Notes: generated from the sequence alone by a model not told the origin. Shown: positions 1 to 10,350, counted from the first letter of the stretch. The stretch: 45,218 nucleotides of DNA from an uncultured Rhizobium sp. (GCA_964461855.1 CAYWWT010000001.1:1-45218), one strand, 5' to 3'. A program made the numbers and translations.

Positions 1-55
1 TTCAATTACGCAATTTGGTTTGAAACCGGAAAGTCTGACGACACCTGTTCGGCGA
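1..55. repeat. 55-bp terminal overlap (copy 1) marking a circular contig
   Basis: Bases 1-55 are identical to 45164-45218, and a reading frame runs through the join. The length matches a common assembler k-mer. Confidence 0.95.
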
Positions 56-894
56 ACAATAATCTTTGCGATAATACCGGCGCGACTGCTGGCACAAACG
101 CATCGTGGGGCATCGCCATGTATGGCGGCGGCTTGGCGAGCGGCAACAAGGTCTTTGGGTTCGATATGGGCATCATCGGCACGGTGATGGCGCTTAACGG
201 GAATATCGTTAAGCGTAACGGCTATGGCGTAGTTATTTCCGGCCAGCTCGCGGGCGACCTAACGACCATGACCGCGAACGACATCATGAACAACACAAAC
301 TCCGGTGTTGAGGTCGATCAGTGCCACGGCGAAGTTATCATCCACGGCGGTAACACGCTGAAGGACAACGGTTCGACCAGCGGTTTCGCCGGCGTGCGCA
401 TTTTCCGGGCCTACAACGACCAAAAGGTCGTCGTGAAAGGCAACGTCTTTATCTCATCGGCAAACAAGAACGCCACGACAGGGCAGCTTTACGCAATCTT
501 GGCGGTTTCCGGCGGCGATGTCGCTTACAACTCCGATGGCTGGAACGACAACGACTTCATCTTCACCGGCACCATCGACGCATACCCCACCAGCGCGTCC
601 GTTGTTCCTTGCTCCTGGGGTCTCGACAACACTTCCGCTATTACCCCGGTCGAAATCTTCAACGATCCATATCACTCGAACCGCAACTCGAAGTTCCCAT
701 CGGTCGTACTCAATCAGGATGTCGGCCAGCGTTACCGTGGCTTCGCGTCGTCCATCCCGACCACGGGCGATAACTTGCGCGGCGATTACTATGTGAACCG
801 CATGAACACCACGGCGACCGAGATGGGCTGGGTCTGCACGACCGCCGGTTCGCCTGGCACCTGGCAGACCTATGGAAAGGTGCCAACAACGTGA
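1..894 (+). CDS. Tailspike/depolymerase, C-terminal part (continues from 43772 across the circular join; about 761 aa in total)
   Basis: Frame 1 is open from base 1 and in frame with 43772-45163. Asn/Gly-rich parallel beta-helix-type repeats; C-terminal GDYYVNR...GWVCTTAGSPGTW motif typical of phage tailspike ends. Confidence 0.85.
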   Translation, partial: FNYAIWFETGKSDDTCSANNNLCDNTGATAGTNASWGIAMYGGGLASGNKVFGFDMGIIGTVMALNGNIVKRNGYGVVISGQLAGDLTTMTANDIMNNTNSGVEVDQCHGEVIIHGGNTLKDNGSTSGFAGVRIFRAYNDQKVVVKGNVFISSANKNATTGQLYAILAVSGGDVAYNSDGWNDNDFIFTGTIDAYPTSASVVPCSWGLDNTSAITPVEIFNDPYHSNRNSKFPSVVLNQDVGQRYRGFASSIPTTGDNLRGDYYVNRMNTTATEMGWVCTTAGSPGTWQTYGKVPTT

Positions 895-917
895 ACCGCT
901 TATTTGAAGGCGCCAAA

Positions 918-1346
918 ATGACCGCCCGTGCCGTCCGGAACGCGAACCCCGGAAACCTTAATTCCGGCGATCATTGGCAGGGCCTTTTGCCCCGTGCCCA
1001 GATGACCACGGAGCAGGCGACGGAAAAGCGTTTCGCCGTCTTTGCCGCGCCGAAATGGGGCTTCCGTGCCCTGGCGCTGGTGCTGCTCAATTATCAGCGT
1101 ATCCATCACCTGTCCTGCATCGGACAGTTTATCGCCCGCTTCGCCCCGTCTGCCGAGAACGACACCGTGGCCTATGCTGAGTGCGTCTCCAAAGAAGTGG
1201 GGATCGGGATTAACACCCCTGCCGACTTCACCCAGCCGGCCCTTCTGGCGGCGCTGTGCAAGGCCATAGCCCGGCATGAAAGCGGCGGCTGGTTTTTTAG
1301 GGAAGCCGACCTCGCTGCCGGTATCGCTCTCGCGGAGGCCTCATGA
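918..1346 (+). CDS. Lysozyme-like endolysin / muralytic protein (RNxNPGNL family)
   Basis: Motifs RNANPGNL, GFRAL..LLNY, FAPSAENDTVAY, AIARHESG; first gene of the lysis cluster. ATG 918 follows GAAGG (the ORF track starts at GTG 891). Confidence 0.75.
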   Translation: MTARAVRNANPGNLNSGDHWQGLLPRAQMTTEQATEKRFAVFAAPKWGFRALALVLLNYQRIHHLSCIGQFIARFAPSAENDTVAYAECVSKEVGIGINTPADFTQPALLAALCKAIARHESGGWFFREADLAAGIALAEAS

Positions 1347-1627
1347 CCAGCCTGGGCGAGCATTCCAACCTCACCGACACCGAAATCAAGATCGTGGTGA
1401 AGATGGCCGTGCGCGAAATGTTCGAAGAGTTCGGTCACGACCTTTCCACCCCGGCCGGGCGCGACGCGGCGCGCAAGGATTTCGCTTATACGCGCCATAG
1501 CCGTCTCAATTCCGAACGAATTTCCAACTGGATCATGAGCGCCACCATCACCGTCTTTATCGGCGGCGTGGCCTATGCGCTGTTTCAGGGCATCAAGGCG
1601 GCGATCTTCGCGAAGGTGGGACAATGA
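1343..1627 (+). CDS. Membrane protein, holin/antiholin candidate
   Basis: 94 aa with one C-terminal hydrophobic helix; ATGA-coupled to the lysin. Confidence 0.5.
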   Translation: MTSLGEHSNLTDTEIKIVVKMAVREMFEEFGHDLSTPAGRDAARKDFAYTRHSRLNSERISNWIMSATITVFIGGVAYALFQGIKAAIFAKVGQ

Positions 1628-1965
1628 TCCGCTTGCTGAAATCGCTGGCGGAGTTGGCCACCATCAGCACATGGGCGCTGTTCGGCGCGGCCATGGTGCT
1701 GACGGGGCTTCACATCCTGGTGGTGCTGATGCTGTGGCTGGGGACTATGCCGCCGTCTCGTTGGCTATCGCCGGGCGACACCATCGGCATTATTTCGATC
1801 CTGCTGGCTCTCGACCTGATGGCCGTGATCTTCGCCCTGGCCAAGGCCCGCATCGCGGCTCACGGCCCGGGCACGCTGGGCTTCGACCTGTCCAGCGGCG
1901 GCACTGATGCGCCGCCGTCCCCGCCGTCATCTGGCACCAAGGTCACAGTGGAGACGCCGAAATGA
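1624..1965 (+). CDS. Holin candidate (2 TM helices)
   Basis: Two long hydrophobic segments and a polar tail; lies between lysin and spanins. Confidence 0.55.
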   Translation: MIRLLKSLAELATISTWALFGAAMVLTGLHILVVLMLWLGTMPPSRWLSPGDTIGIISILLALDLMAVIFALAKARIAAHGPGTLGFDLSSGGTDAPPSPPSSGTKVTVETPK

Positions 1966-2411
1966 CCAACCTGATCGAAGAGGCGGAAGCGGTAGTGTCG
2001 CCCTATCTGTTGGCGGCCAAGCTGGCGGGCGCCGTGCTGCTGGTGGGCCTTATTGCCTTCGGCGGCTGGTGGGGGCGCGGGGTTTGGGACAAGGCCGATG
2101 TCGCCCAAGCCCATGCCGCCACGGCAGCGGCCCAGACGGCCACGGCACAATGCCAGGCCATCCACGAAAAGGCTCGCGCCGATGGCGCCGAGGACGCGTT
2201 GACGGCGGTGAACCTCACAACGGCAGACGCCGCTGCCGCCATGGACAAGGTGTCTGCCCAGGCCGCGGCGCGGGTCCAGTCGCTCGAACAACTCATCACG
2301 GAGATCAAAAATGCTCCTTCAGCGCGTGCTTGCGGGGCTTCTGCTCCTGAGCTTGCTTTTCGTCGGAGCGTGCAGCACGCGGCCCCAGCCGTCCCCGCCG
2401 CCGCTCCCTGA
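1962..2411 (+). CDS. Rz-like inner-membrane spanin
   Basis: N-terminal TM helix followed by an Ala-rich coiled coil with Cys; overlapped by a lipoprotein ORF. Confidence 0.75.
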   Translation: MTNLIEEAEAVVSPYLLAAKLAGAVLLVGLIAFGGWWGRGVWDKADVAQAHAATAAAQTATAQCQAIHEKARADGAEDALTAVNLTTADAAAAMDKVSAQAAARVQSLEQLITEIKNAPSARACGASAPELAFRRSVQHAAPAVPAAAP

Positions 2412-2601
2412 GCAGCAGACCAGTATCGTCTATCCGGCGATGCCGCAGCTTACCTGCAAGGCCCAGCCGCCCGCGCCGGCGCTGGATGCCGATGACAACG
2501 CCTGGGCGGCCTGGAAGGCGATGGACCATGACGCCGGCCAAGACTGCCGCGAGAAGCTGGCCGGCGTGAAATCTGTCGTGGACAAATGGCCGCGCAAATG
2601 A
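2311..2601 (+). CDS. Rz1-like outer-membrane lipoprotein spanin
   Basis: Lipobox-like LFVGA-C, Pro-rich segment, two further Cys; overlaps the 3' end of the Rz-like gene in another frame. Confidence 0.75.
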   Translation: MLLQRVLAGLLLLSLLFVGACSTRPQPSPPPLPEQQTSIVYPAMPQLTCKAQPPAPALDADDNAWAAWKAMDHDAGQDCREKLAGVKSVVDKWPRK

Positions 2602-4205
2602 CCGTATCCGCTCGCCGCGATAGCGACATCATTCCGAACACCGTGACAGCGGAGGTTGCGGTCAAGGCCGCCCGCCGCATGCTTGCGGTGCAGGACGCGC
2701 GCGAGCAGATTATTCCCTTCATCAAGTTGATGATGCCGGACCCCAACGATCCCGACGACATCACGAAATCGCGTTATCATGTGCAGCATTTCCACAAGCT
2801 ACTGGCAGAAGCGATGGAGGCTGTGGAGCGCGGAGAAATCCCGCGCCTCATCATCACCATGCCGCCGCGCCACGGAAAATCGCAGTTGGCGAACTGGGCC
2901 TTCACCGCCTGGTACATGGGGCGCAATCCCTACAATTCGATCATCACCGCATCGTATAACGAGACGTTGGCCGAAGAGAGCGGCAGCAAGGTCCGCGAAT
3001 ATATTACCTCGCCCATGTATGCCCAGGTCTTTCCCGATTGCCATTTGCGCAAGGGCGCCAAGGCGGTGGATCGACTGCAGACGCTGGAAGGCGGCATCGC
3101 GGTGTTCACTGGCGTGGGCGGCACCATCACCGGCCGCGGCGGCGATGTGCTGATTATTGACGATCCCATGAAAGGCGCGGCCGACGCGGACAGCCCGACC
3201 ACGCGCGAGAAACAGTGGAATTGGTTCACTCAGGACATGATGTCCCGCCTGATGACGGACATGGGCGCTGTCATCATCATCATGACGCGCTGGCATGAAG
3301 ACGACATTGTTGGCCGCCTCACCGATCCGCGCAATCCCTGCTATTCCAAGGAAGAAGCGGGGAACTGGAAAGTTCTGCATTTCACTGCCTTGGCGGAAAA
3401 GAACGATGTTCTTGGCCGTCAAAAAGACGAGGCGTTGTGGGAGAGCCGGCAGTCCGCCAAGCGCCTTCGATCCATGCGGCGCCTCAACCCCCGTGGCTTC
3501 AATGCCAATTATCAGGGTCGCCCATCGCCGGCAGATGGCGTCTTCTTCAAGCGCGAATGGCTACGCGGCTACAAGCTGGAAGACTTGCCGTCGAACTTGC
3601 GCATGTACGCCGCATCTGACCACGCAGTCGGCCAGAAACAGGAAAACGACAAGACATGCTTGATGATGGTCGGCGTCGATGAAAAGGACAATATCTGGCT
3701 GCTGCCCGACATGTTCTGGGAGCGTGCCGGCACGGAAGTTATCGTCGAAAAAATGATCGACATGATGGAGCTGCACAAGCCGCTGGTGTGGTGGGGCGAG
3801 AATGACCACATCATGAAATCCATCGGTCCATTCCTGTTCAAGCGCATGCAGGAACGCCAGGTCTATTGCACCGTCGAGCCCGTCACCCACGGCGGCAAGG
3901 ACAAGCGCACGCGCGCCCAGGCCATCCGCGGCCGCATGTCCATGGGGATGGTGCGGTTCCCGACCTTCGCGTCCTGGTGGGGCGACGCCATGGACGAGCT
4001 GCTGAAGTTTGACCGCGGCCGGCATGACGATCTGGTGGATGCCATCGCCCATATCGGGCGTGGCTTGGGCCGCCTGGTGAAGGCGCCGAAGGCAACCAAT
4101 GACAACGTGGTCGAGCCCAAGCCTGGAACACTGGCCTGGATCAAATGGGCGGATGGTCCGCGCAAGGCCGAGGAAAAGCGCCTGAAGGCGCGGAACGGAT
4201 TTTGA
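2586..4205 (+). CDS. terL: Terminase large subunit
   Basis: Walker A MPPRHGKS, Walker B LIIDDP, IMTRWHEDD motif, C-terminal nuclease motif HDDLVDA. The start may be 2598. Confidence 0.95.
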   Translation: MAAQMTVSARRDSDIIPNTVTAEVAVKAARRMLAVQDAREQIIPFIKLMMPDPNDPDDITKSRYHVQHFHKLLAEAMEAVERGEIPRLIITMPPRHGKSQLANWAFTAWYMGRNPYNSIITASYNETLAEESGSKVREYITSPMYAQVFPDCHLRKGAKAVDRLQTLEGGIAVFTGVGGTITGRGGDVLIIDDPMKGAADADSPTTREKQWNWFTQDMMSRLMTDMGAVIIIMTRWHEDDIVGRLTDPRNPCYSKEEAGNWKVLHFTALAEKNDVLGRQKDEALWESRQSAKRLRSMRRLNPRGFNANYQGRPSPADGVFFKREWLRGYKLEDLPSNLRMYAASDHAVGQKQENDKTCLMMVGVDEKDNIWLLPDMFWERAGTEVIVEKMIDMMELHKPLVWWGENDHIMKSIGPFLFKRMQERQVYCTVEPVTHGGKDKRTRAQAIRGRMSMGMVRFPTFASWWGDAMDELLKFDRGRHDDLVDAIAHIGRGLGRLVKAPKATNDNVVEPKPGTLAWIKWADGPRKAEEKRLKARNGF

Positions 4206-4216
4206 GGGTACAGGCT

Positions 4217-6478
4217 ATGTCGGACATTGGCAGCGAATACTCGGACATCGAGAACACCACCAACACCGCGAGCAGCGATGCGACAACCGACGCGCAGGTT
4301 TCCGGCGTGCGCCGGGAATTGGGCGAAGTTTCGGAGGATAGAAAATCCCTTCTGGGCGAGATTTCGGCGGATGTGACAGCCTCGCGCAAATTCTGGAAGG
4401 ATGATTTCGAGCGCATGCGCAAGGATCAGGATTTCCTTTTGGGGCTGCAGTACCACGGCCAGACCAGCATCGATAACGATGAGCGCTATATGGCCAACAT
4501 TGTGCAGCGCCATGTGCAGCAGCGCACCGCGGCCGTCTATGCCAAGAACCCGACCGTTGTGGCCCGCCGCAAGCAAATGCTGGATTTCGTTCTATGGGAC
4601 GAAAACCCTCTGACCGCGCAAATGGCGATGCAGGCCATGTCCCTGGCTGGTAAGATTGCCACAGGCGCCCAGGGTGGCGATCCTCAGGCGCAAGCGCAGG
4701 CGACGGCCGCCGCCGCCAACCCGGTGGCCATGGAAGAGCTTGTGGCCGCCAGGGCGTTGCTGGCCGATATCCAGAAAGGCATGCAGCGCCGCGCCGCCTC
4801 GGGGCGGATTTCCAAAACCATGGAGCTGTATTTCAAGAACAAGGTGCTGGCGCAGCAGGCGCCGCCCTTCAAGGCCAGCATGAAGCAGCTTGTCCGGCGC
4901 ACCATGGCCGCCGGTGTCGGCTATATCAAGCTGGGGCTGATGCGCGACATGGAAACGTCGCCGGATGTTTTTAGCGGCATGGCCACCCTGCAGGAGCAGA
5001 TCGCCATCATTGATCGCATGATTGCGGACATAACCGACAAGGGATTGTTCAATACGGATGTGATGAATGACGCCAACGCGCAGAAGGAAGAATTGCGCCT
5101 GGCGATGGAGGCGTTGCAGCGGCGCCCCCAGGTGGTGAAGCAGGAAGGCATTATTTTCGATTTCCCGTCCTCGACCTCAATCATCCCAGACCGCAATCTT
5201 ATCCATCTTCAGGGCTTTCTGGGGTGCCGCCGCGTCACTGAGGAATATCTTCTGACGCCGGAACAGGTCGAAGCGATCTGGAAAGTGGATGTCAAAGGCA
5301 ACTGCACTACTTATGACGCCACCAGTGGCGCGAAGGAGCTTGCGGGGCCGCCTAGCGAGCATCAGCGAAAGGGCGGAAAGGTCTGCGTCTGGGTGGTTTA
5401 TGACCGCGACACAGGGCTGACCTACACGATATGCGAAGGCTATGACGACTTTCTCGAAGAGCCATGCGCGCCAAAGCTGACGCTGGAACGCTTCTTTCCG
5501 TGGTTTCCGCTGGCGTTCAATTATATCGAACATCACAAGCAGCGCTGGCCGCTGTCTGATATCCATCTGTTGAAGCACGCCCAGCGCGAATATAACCGCG
5601 CCCGGGAAGGGTTGCGCGAGCATCGTATTGCCAATCGCCCGATGACGATTGTTGGCGGCGTCCTCGATGACGGGGATAAAGGAAAACTGGAATGCCGTCC
5701 AGCAAATGCCGTCCTCACCTTGCAAGGTTTGGGGCCAGGGCAAAAGGCGGCCGATTTGTTGCAGGCCTATCAGCATCCCGCCATAGACCCCCAGGTCTAT
5801 GAAACCGACCATGTTTTCCAGGATGTGTTGCGCGTCGTCGGCTCCCAGGAGGCCAATCTGGGTGGCACCAGCAACGCCACCGCGACCGAGAGCAGCATCG
5901 CGGAAAGCAGCCGCATGTCGTCGCTGCAGTCGAACATGGACGACATGGACGACTTCCTGACGGAAGTGATGCGCGCCGCCGGCCAGGTGGCGCTGATGGA
6001 GATCGGCAAGGACGAAGTGGTGCGGATCGTCGGCCCGGGCGCCGTGTGGCCCGAGCTGAACGGCCAGGACATCGCGGACGAAATCTTCCTCGAAATCCAG
6101 GCCGGCTCGTCCGGCCGCCCCAATAAGGCGGTCGAAATCCAGAACATCACCCAGCTCGCCCCCACCCTGCTGCAGATCCCCGGGATGTCGCCCCAATGGC
6201 TGGCGACCCAGCTTTTGACCCGCATGGATGACCGGCTGGACCTGACGGACGCCTTTATCGCGGGCACCCCCTCAATCCAGACCCTCAATGCCATGGCGGC
6301 CAAACCGCTGGGTCAGGCCCCACAGGGGGCTGGAAAGCCAGGCGGGCCGGGTGCTGAAGACCCGAATGCCCAGGGCACAGAGGGCGGCCAGAACGCCGCG
6401 GCGCCGCCGGGCGTGGGCGGCGGGCTCGGCGCCCAGCCGGGCAATGTGGGCGCTCCGGTGGTGTCCCAGACCGGCTAG
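4217..6478 (+). CDS. Portal protein (podovirus type)
   Basis: About 750 aa, helical, directly after terL; TATES motif, FPWFPL, Gly/Pro/Gln-rich tail. ATG 4217 follows GAGGG. Confidence 0.85.
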   Translation: MSDIGSEYSDIENTTNTASSDATTDAQVSGVRRELGEVSEDRKSLLGEISADVTASRKFWKDDFERMRKDQDFLLGLQYHGQTSIDNDERYMANIVQRHVQQRTAAVYAKNPTVVARRKQMLDFVLWDENPLTAQMAMQAMSLAGKIATGAQGGDPQAQAQATAAAANPVAMEELVAARALLADIQKGMQRRAASGRISKTMELYFKNKVLAQQAPPFKASMKQLVRRTMAAGVGYIKLGLMRDMETSPDVFSGMATLQEQIAIIDRMIADITDKGLFNTDVMNDANAQKEELRLAMEALQRRPQVVKQEGIIFDFPSSTSIIPDRNLIHLQGFLGCRRVTEEYLLTPEQVEAIWKVDVKGNCTTYDATSGAKELAGPPSEHQRKGGKVCVWVVYDRDTGLTYTICEGYDDFLEEPCAPKLTLERFFPWFPLAFNYIEHHKQRWPLSDIHLLKHAQREYNRAREGLREHRIANRPMTIVGGVLDDGDKGKLECRPANAVLTLQGLGPGQKAADLLQAYQHPAIDPQVYETDHVFQDVLRVVGSQEANLGGTSNATATESSIAESSRMSSLQSNMDDMDDFLTEVMRAAGQVALMEIGKDEVVRIVGPGAVWPELNGQDIADEIFLEIQAGSSGRPNKAVEIQNITQLAPTLLQIPGMSPQWLATQLLTRMDDRLDLTDAFIAGTPSIQTLNAMAAKPLGQAPQGAGKPGGPGAEDPNAQGTEGGQNAAAPPGVGGGLGAQPGNVGAPVVSQTG

Positions 6479-6479
6479 A

Positions 6480-6529
6480 TGTCGATCTACATGCCGGATG
6501 TTGACCGGCGCGACCAACAAGATATAGTT
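6480..6529 (+). promoter_or_regulatory. Putative sigma70-like promoter for scaffold/capsid, with an upstream 18-bp motif
   Basis: TGTCGATCTACATGCCGG at 6480, then TTGACC at 6501 and an AT-rich GATATAGT -10-like region about 17 bp downstream. Confidence 0.5.
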
Positions 6530-6572
6530 CCGAAAGCGGCGCGTTGCGCCGCACAGCCAGAGGGGCGCTAAA

Positions 6573-7640
6573 ATGAGTGATCGGGGCTCGCCTTCCGACC
6601 ACACCGGGGCAGACAAGGCCATCACCGACGACACCGCGCCGGCCAGCGCGGGCGCCGAAGGTGGTGCCGCATCGCCCGGTTCTGGGGACGCTAATCTCGA
6701 CGCCGCCGCCTCGTCCGCGGATGGCGACCAGGGCGCTAAGCAAGATGCTCCGAAACCGACGCTTGCCGATGTCATCAAGACAGCGGTGGCCGAGGGCTCG
6801 GACGAAAAGGTGGCCTCGCCCGCACCTGTGAAGGATGGATCGAAAGTCGAAGGCGATGACGCCGCGGCGAAAGCCGATGGCGAACACAAGCCGGAAGACG
6901 ATGCCAAACTTCCGTTCCACAATCACCCTCGTTGGAAGCAAGTGATCGGGGAGAACGCAGAGATCAAGGCGAAGGTGGCGACACTGGAACCGGCGGCTCA
7001 GCAGTTCGAGAAGATCGAAAGCTTCATGACGCAGCACCAGCTCACCCACGAAGAAGTGGGCGAGGGGTTCATCATCATGGCGATGGCGAAGGCGGGCGAT
7101 CCCCGCGTGATCCAGAAGCTCGATGATTTCCGCAACAAGGTTGCCCTGGCGATTGGTGAGGCTGTGCCCGCCGACATTCAGGAGCAGATCGACAGTGGCG
7201 CACTCACGGAGGCGGCCGGCAAAGAGCTGGCCAAGACCCGCGCGCAACTGAAGATGACCGAGGCGCAGACCGCGCGTCGGTCCGAGGCGGATGCCGAAAA
7301 GAAGGCAAAGGATGATGCGGACGCGCTGAAGAAAGAACTTCAGGGCGCCGTGACGGCATGGGATGCGGAACAGCGGAAAATCGATCCTGACTTTGCAAAG
7401 AAAGAGAGCGCAATCGCACGTTATTCGCGCGCCCTCATTCTGGAACATGGTCAGCCGCGCAACCGTGAAGAGGCCGTAAACCTCGTCAAGGCCGCCTATG
7501 CCGAAGTCAACAAGGACTTCGGCGCCGTCATTCCCCAGAAGCAGGCCGCGAAGCATGTGCCGAGCGCACCGTCCTCCCACGGCGCGTCCCAGCAGCCCAA
7601 ATCCCTACGCGAAGCCGTAGCCCGGGCGCTTCAGGAATAA
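6573..7640 (+). CDS. Capsid scaffolding protein
   Basis: Acidic low-complexity N-terminus, PFHNHPRWKQV motif, coiled coil; lies between portal and capsid. Confidence 0.75.
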   Translation: MSDRGSPSDHTGADKAITDDTAPASAGAEGGAASPGSGDANLDAAASSADGDQGAKQDAPKPTLADVIKTAVAEGSDEKVASPAPVKDGSKVEGDDAAAKADGEHKPEDDAKLPFHNHPRWKQVIGENAEIKAKVATLEPAAQQFEKIESFMTQHQLTHEEVGEGFIIMAMAKAGDPRVIQKLDDFRNKVALAIGEAVPADIQEQIDSGALTEAAGKELAKTRAQLKMTEAQTARRSEADAEKKAKDDADALKKELQGAVTAWDAEQRKIDPDFAKKESAIARYSRALILEHGQPRNREEAVNLVKAAYAEVNKDFGAVIPQKQAAKHVPSAPSSHGASQQPKSLREAVARALQE

Positions 7641-7667
7641 CGCGCCTTCTTTTGAAGAAGGTGTCCC

Positions 7668-8714
7668 ATGCCTATCACTGCCAATCAGCTTCAGACCGCC
7701 ATGAACGCGGCGCTGGACTACTATGTCAGGGGCGATGCCCTTGACCAAGCGGTTCAGGATATGCCGCTGCTCGACGCTCTGCGCAAAAACCAGAAGACCT
7801 TTCCCGGCGGCAAGGAGAATATCTCCATCCCGGTGAAGGGTGATCGCGACCCGTCCCTCATGGGTTATTCCTATGATGACACTGTCGGCTACAAGAATGT
7901 CGGCAACATCAAGCGCGTCGCCTATGCCTGGAAGGAAATTCATGACGGTATCCAGTTCACGGGCACCGAACTGAAGCAGGACGGTATCTCGGTGGTGGAC
8001 AGCACCACCGGCGCCAAGACCGTCGAACACAGCCAGCGCGAGCTGACGGTGTTGTCGGGCATTTTGGACGACAAGCTCGACAGCATGGCGAAGGATTGGG
8101 CCTACGGCTTCAATCGCATGCTGTGGCTGGATGGCACCCAGGACAGCAAGGTCGTGCCCGGCGTGCAGGCGCTTATCACCCAGACCCCGAACGCCGGCAC
8201 CACCGGCGGCCTGGATCGTGCGCAGTCAGCCTGGTGGCGCAACCGGGCGCTGGTGGGGGCCGACAAAATCGTGTCTTCGACCGCCAACCAGACGCTCACC
8301 AAGACCTTGCGCAAAGAGGTCCGTCAGCTTCGTCGCTATCGCGGCCGCCCCAGCCTGGTGCTGTGCGGTTCGGCGGCGCTGGAAAAACTGGAAGGCGAAG
8401 TCGCGGAGAAGGGCATCTACACCCAGCAGGGTTTTGTCAATAACGGCAAGAACGACATCGGCATGGCGGACATTTCCATGCGCGGCGTCGGCACTTTCAC
8501 CTATGACCCGACCCTGGATGACCTCGGCCAGTCCGATTTCATCTACATGCTGGACCCCAAGCACCTGACGCTGCGCGTCATGGAAGGCGAGGACAACAAG
8601 ACCCACAATCCGGCGCGTCCTTACAACCAGTACACCTACTATCGCGCGATGACCTGGACCGGCGGCCTCACCGTCGATCAGCTCAACGCCAACGGCGTGT
8701 ATCAGGTTTCGTAA
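7668..8714 (+). CDS. Major capsid protein
   Basis: 348 aa after the scaffold; podovirus-like MCP features (GGLDRAQSAWWRN, late TWTGGL); strong GC3 codon bias. Confidence 0.88.
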   Translation: MPITANQLQTAMNAALDYYVRGDALDQAVQDMPLLDALRKNQKTFPGGKENISIPVKGDRDPSLMGYSYDDTVGYKNVGNIKRVAYAWKEIHDGIQFTGTELKQDGISVVDSTTGAKTVEHSQRELTVLSGILDDKLDSMAKDWAYGFNRMLWLDGTQDSKVVPGVQALITQTPNAGTTGGLDRAQSAWWRNRALVGADKIVSSTANQTLTKTLRKEVRQLRRYRGRPSLVLCGSAALEKLEGEVAEKGIYTQQGFVNNGKNDIGMADISMRGVGTFTYDPTLDDLGQSDFIYMLDPKHLTLRVMEGEDNKTHNPARPYNQYTYYRAMTWTGGLTVDQLNANGVYQVS

Positions 8715-8728
8715 CTGTTGATCGACAT

Positions 8729-8787
8729 GGCGGACGGCGATCCTGTCGTCCGCCACTAGGTCCCAAACCGCCCCTCCGAAGGGGGCA
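8729..8787 (+). terminator. Two hairpins after the capsid gene (terminator/attenuator or processing site)
   Basis: GGCGGACGGC...GTCGTCCGCC and GCCCCT-CCGA-AGGGGGC stems; no U-tract. Confidence 0.4.
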
Positions 8788-8801
8788 GAAAGAGCCTACC
8801 A

Positions 8802-9692
8802 ATGACCTCCAAAGTTGTTTCCGGCATTCTCGCCGCCGCCGTTGCCGCCGATGGCACCTTCACCATCACCTATCCCACGGGTTTCACCCGCGGCGACTTC
8901 ATCCCCGGTGTCGATCACCGCATGGTCATCAATCAGGCCGAAGTGAAGGCCCCGATTGGCATGACCCTTTCCTTCGGCGCCACCAGCGTCACTGTCACCA
9001 ACAAGACGGGTGCGGCCTGGCCGGTGGGTTCGGCGTTCATCTTCCAGTTCAACATTCCCGGCGAACAGGGCCAGCTTTCCAGCGATGGCAGCACCCGCAT
9101 GTCGCAGGTTCGCCCCTGGCCGGTGCGTTATCTCGACCTGGGAACGCCGCTCGCGCTTTCCGCTGCCGGCATCCGTGCCGCCGCCGCTGTTTCCGCCGCG
9201 GGGGCCCTGACCGGCCTTCTGGTCACGGCTTTGGACGTGCCGCGCGCGCTGACCATCCTCTCGGCCGCAGACGACAGCGGCATCACCTTCACAGTGCTGG
9301 GCAAGGATGCCTACGGCAACGCGGTGTCGGAGACGATCACGGGCGCATCGGCGGCGCCGGGCACCGCCGCCGGCAAAAAGGCGTTTTCCACCATCACTTC
9401 GATCACGGCTTCCGGCGCTGCCGCCGGGAATGTGTCGGTGGGTTGGGGCAATGTGCTGGGCCTGCCGGCCTTCCTGCCCAACGCGGCTCATATCCTGAAG
9501 GAGTTTCAGGATGGCGCCGCGGCTACGGCCGGTACGACCGTTGCTGGCGTGCAGTCCAAGCCCACGGCGACCACTGGCGATGTCCGCGGCACCTATGTGC
9601 CCAATTCGGCGCCGGACGCGAGCAAGGCTTATGGCCTGCTCGTTGCCCTGCCGGACCCCGGCTATCTGGGGGCCGATCAGTTCGCCGGCTAA
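8802..9692 (+). CDS. Virion structural protein (head decoration candidate)
   Basis: Ala/Gly/Thr-rich, beta-type 296 aa directly after the MCP; ITFTVLGKDAYG...ETITG...GKKAF motif. Confidence 0.55.
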   Translation: MTSKVVSGILAAAVAADGTFTITYPTGFTRGDFIPGVDHRMVINQAEVKAPIGMTLSFGATSVTVTNKTGAAWPVGSAFIFQFNIPGEQGQLSSDGSTRMSQVRPWPVRYLDLGTPLALSAAGIRAAAAVSAAGALTGLLVTALDVPRALTILSAADDSGITFTVLGKDAYGNAVSETITGASAAPGTAAGKKAFSTITSITASGAAAGNVSVGWGNVLGLPAFLPNAAHILKEFQDGAAATAGTTVAGVQSKPTATTGDVRGTYVPNSAPDASKAYGLLVALPDPGYLGADQFAG

Positions 9693-9707
9693 CGCCGTCG
9701 AAAAAGA

Positions 9708-9750
9708 GCAAGGGGGCGGAGTTTCTGGCGTTTCGCCGCCCCCTTGTCTC
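9708..9750 (+). terminator. GC-rich hairpin, possible terminator
   Basis: CAAGGGGGCGG...CCGCCCCCTTG inverted repeat followed by a pyrimidine run. Confidence 0.5.
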
Positions 9751-9795
9751 CCTTCCTGACGCAAGCGCCCGAAGACTGAAAACCAGGAGAATGAA

Positions 9796-10341
9796 ATGCA
9801 GCGCGTGAATTGTGAGGTCCGACTGGCCTCCGAAACTCAGACCAATAACACCGTCCTCAAGAGCGGCGTCTCGCCGGCGGAAATCGCCGTGCTGCTCAAC
9901 CTTCATGGCGAGGGTTCCGTCATCAACATCAAGCGCACCCACATGGACAAGACGCCCCATGGCCAGGAGCGCGAGCGCCTGATCGGCATCTATGGCCATC
10001 ATGTCATCGACCGCATTTTTCCGGGCCAGTTCTCCAAACTTCCCGTGACGCTGGACGATCTGAGCATCGGCCCCAAGGATGATGAAGACAGCGACGCCGG
10101 CGCCGATGTGGAAACGGAAGGCTCTGCCGTCCTGGATGGCGAAGAAGGCGGTGTCGATGACACCAATTTCGATCTGGACGAAGACGACAAGCTGCTGATC
10201 GCCAGCATCGATGCTGCCAAGTCCAAGGATGAGCTGCGCGCTATCGCACGGGAGAATGAGGTCGATCTGACCGGCATCGAAGACAAGATGACTTCGCTGC
10301 AAGCCGTCATCAAGAAGCAACTCTTCCCGGCGGCGAGGTAG
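9796..10341 (+). CDS. Hypothetical morphogenesis protein with acidic linker and short helical C-terminal domain
   Basis: Good RBS (AGGAG); VSPAEIAVLLNLHG N-terminal domain; KDELRAIARENEVDL helix-extension-helix-like end. Confidence 0.6.
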   Translation: MQRVNCEVRLASETQTNNTVLKSGVSPAEIAVLLNLHGEGSVINIKRTHMDKTPHGQERERLIGIYGHHVIDRIFPGQFSKLPVTLDDLSIGPKDDEDSDAGADVETEGSAVLDGEEGGVDDTNFDLDEDDKLLIASIDAAKSKDELRAIARENEVDLTGIEDKMTSLQAVIKKQLFPAAR

Positions 10342-10350
10342 CACACGGCC

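Noticed and set aside
1-894. Diversity-generating retroelement acting on the tailspike
   Set aside because: No reverse transcriptase and no TR/VR pair differing at adenines was seen.
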